Assembly: GCA_947624695.1 (NCBI GenBank)
Contig: CANQLN010000002.1
Coordinates: forward strand, 1 to 34,053
Reading direction: 5' to 3'
DNA length: 34,053 nucleotides
Origin: an uncultured Bacilli bacterium
GTDB taxonomy: Bacteria > Bacillota_I > Bacilli_A > RF39 > UBA660
The notes under the pieces were generated by a model that searched no databases, had not been told where the DNA came from, and was given only the letters and a program-made list of their open reading frames with translations. The position numbers and the translations under genes are program-made. Positions within the stretch are counted from its first letter, which is position 1. Each line of letters begins with the position of its first letter. This document shows, in pieces, positions 33,731 to 34,053 of the stretch.

Positions 33731-34053
33731 AGAGTAAAATGAAATAATTATGATAGACAATGAATTGACTACATAATTATTTTTATTTTGCCTATATGAT
33801 AAGGTAGCTCTTATTATATAGAAGCGGTGACTAAAAGCAACCGTGCTTAGGGTTTTAATGTTTTTTCCGGGTAAAAGAGCTAGAGGTTGGAAATTGTCCT
33901 GTAAAATTTCCCGTTATAGGTTGATATGCGTTAATGTCAATCCAAAACATAGGGTAGTTTGCTACTATCCGTCTTATATGAGCTGACTAGGAAGATTATA
34001 TATTTATGAGGTATATAAGGATAGTTCAATTCTATCTCGGCTCGTCCTTTTTA

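Larger units (their letters stand above)
1..34053 (+). mobile_element. temperate siphovirus genome, near-complete and permuted (terS and the 5' part of terL lie outside the window)
   Basis: Uninterrupted packaging, head, tail, lysis, integrase/repressor, replication and late-regulator order; no sheath gene; no host-like housekeeping genes at either edge. Confidence 0.85.

Noticed and set aside
1-34053. Scan for tRNA, rRNA and CRISPR arrays
   Set aside because: No cloverleaf-like GC-rich segment of 70-90 nt, rRNA-like region or short regular repeat array was recognised by eye. A tRNAscan/Infernal run would be needed to exclude small RNAs formally.

Overview
AT-rich window that reads as a nearly complete, circularly permuted genome of a temperate siphovirus from a low-GC Firmicute (Clostridia-like). 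Almost every gene has an AGGAGG-type RBS, and there is no bacterial flank. Gene order on the + strand: terL 3' fragment, portal, Mu-F-like head morphogenesis protein, scaffold, major capsid (with a probable -1 frameshift extension), connectors, tail tube, G/GT chaperone (T_TTT_TTC slip site), tape measure, baseplate/tail-fibre genes, a diversity-generating retroelement (DGR), tail-fibre chaperone, holin, M23/CW_7 endolysin. A reverse-strand block follows (nuclease-like gene, attP-like region, integrase, PH-domain membrane protein, CI-like repressor). The + strand then resumes with a Cro-like gene, a replication/recombination module (DnaD-like organizer with iterons, G39P-like loader, SSAP, PD-(D/E)XK exonuclease, SSB, NinB), about 20 small early ORFs, a sigma-region-4-like late regulator, and a late promoter with a long leader. 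The main result is the DGR. A 109-nt variable repeat (VR) at the 3' end of the last tail-fibre gene differs from a template repeat (TR1) at 12 positions, all of them TR1 adenines. Unusually, a second diverged template-like repeat (TR2) with its own duplicated leader lies in tandem between TR1 and the reverse transcriptase. TR2 has no cognate VR in the window, and no Avd-like accessory ORF is visible. Secondary observations: a candidate -1 frameshift fusing the capsid protein to a downstream domain; a promoter/terminator-bounded candidate sRNA in the lysogeny module with a 16-nt perfect complement next to a toxin-like mini-ORF; 30-bp-phased iterons inside the replication gene; and a probable non-canonical start for the tape measure gene. 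All functional calls come from reading motifs and synteny by eye; no database search was run.
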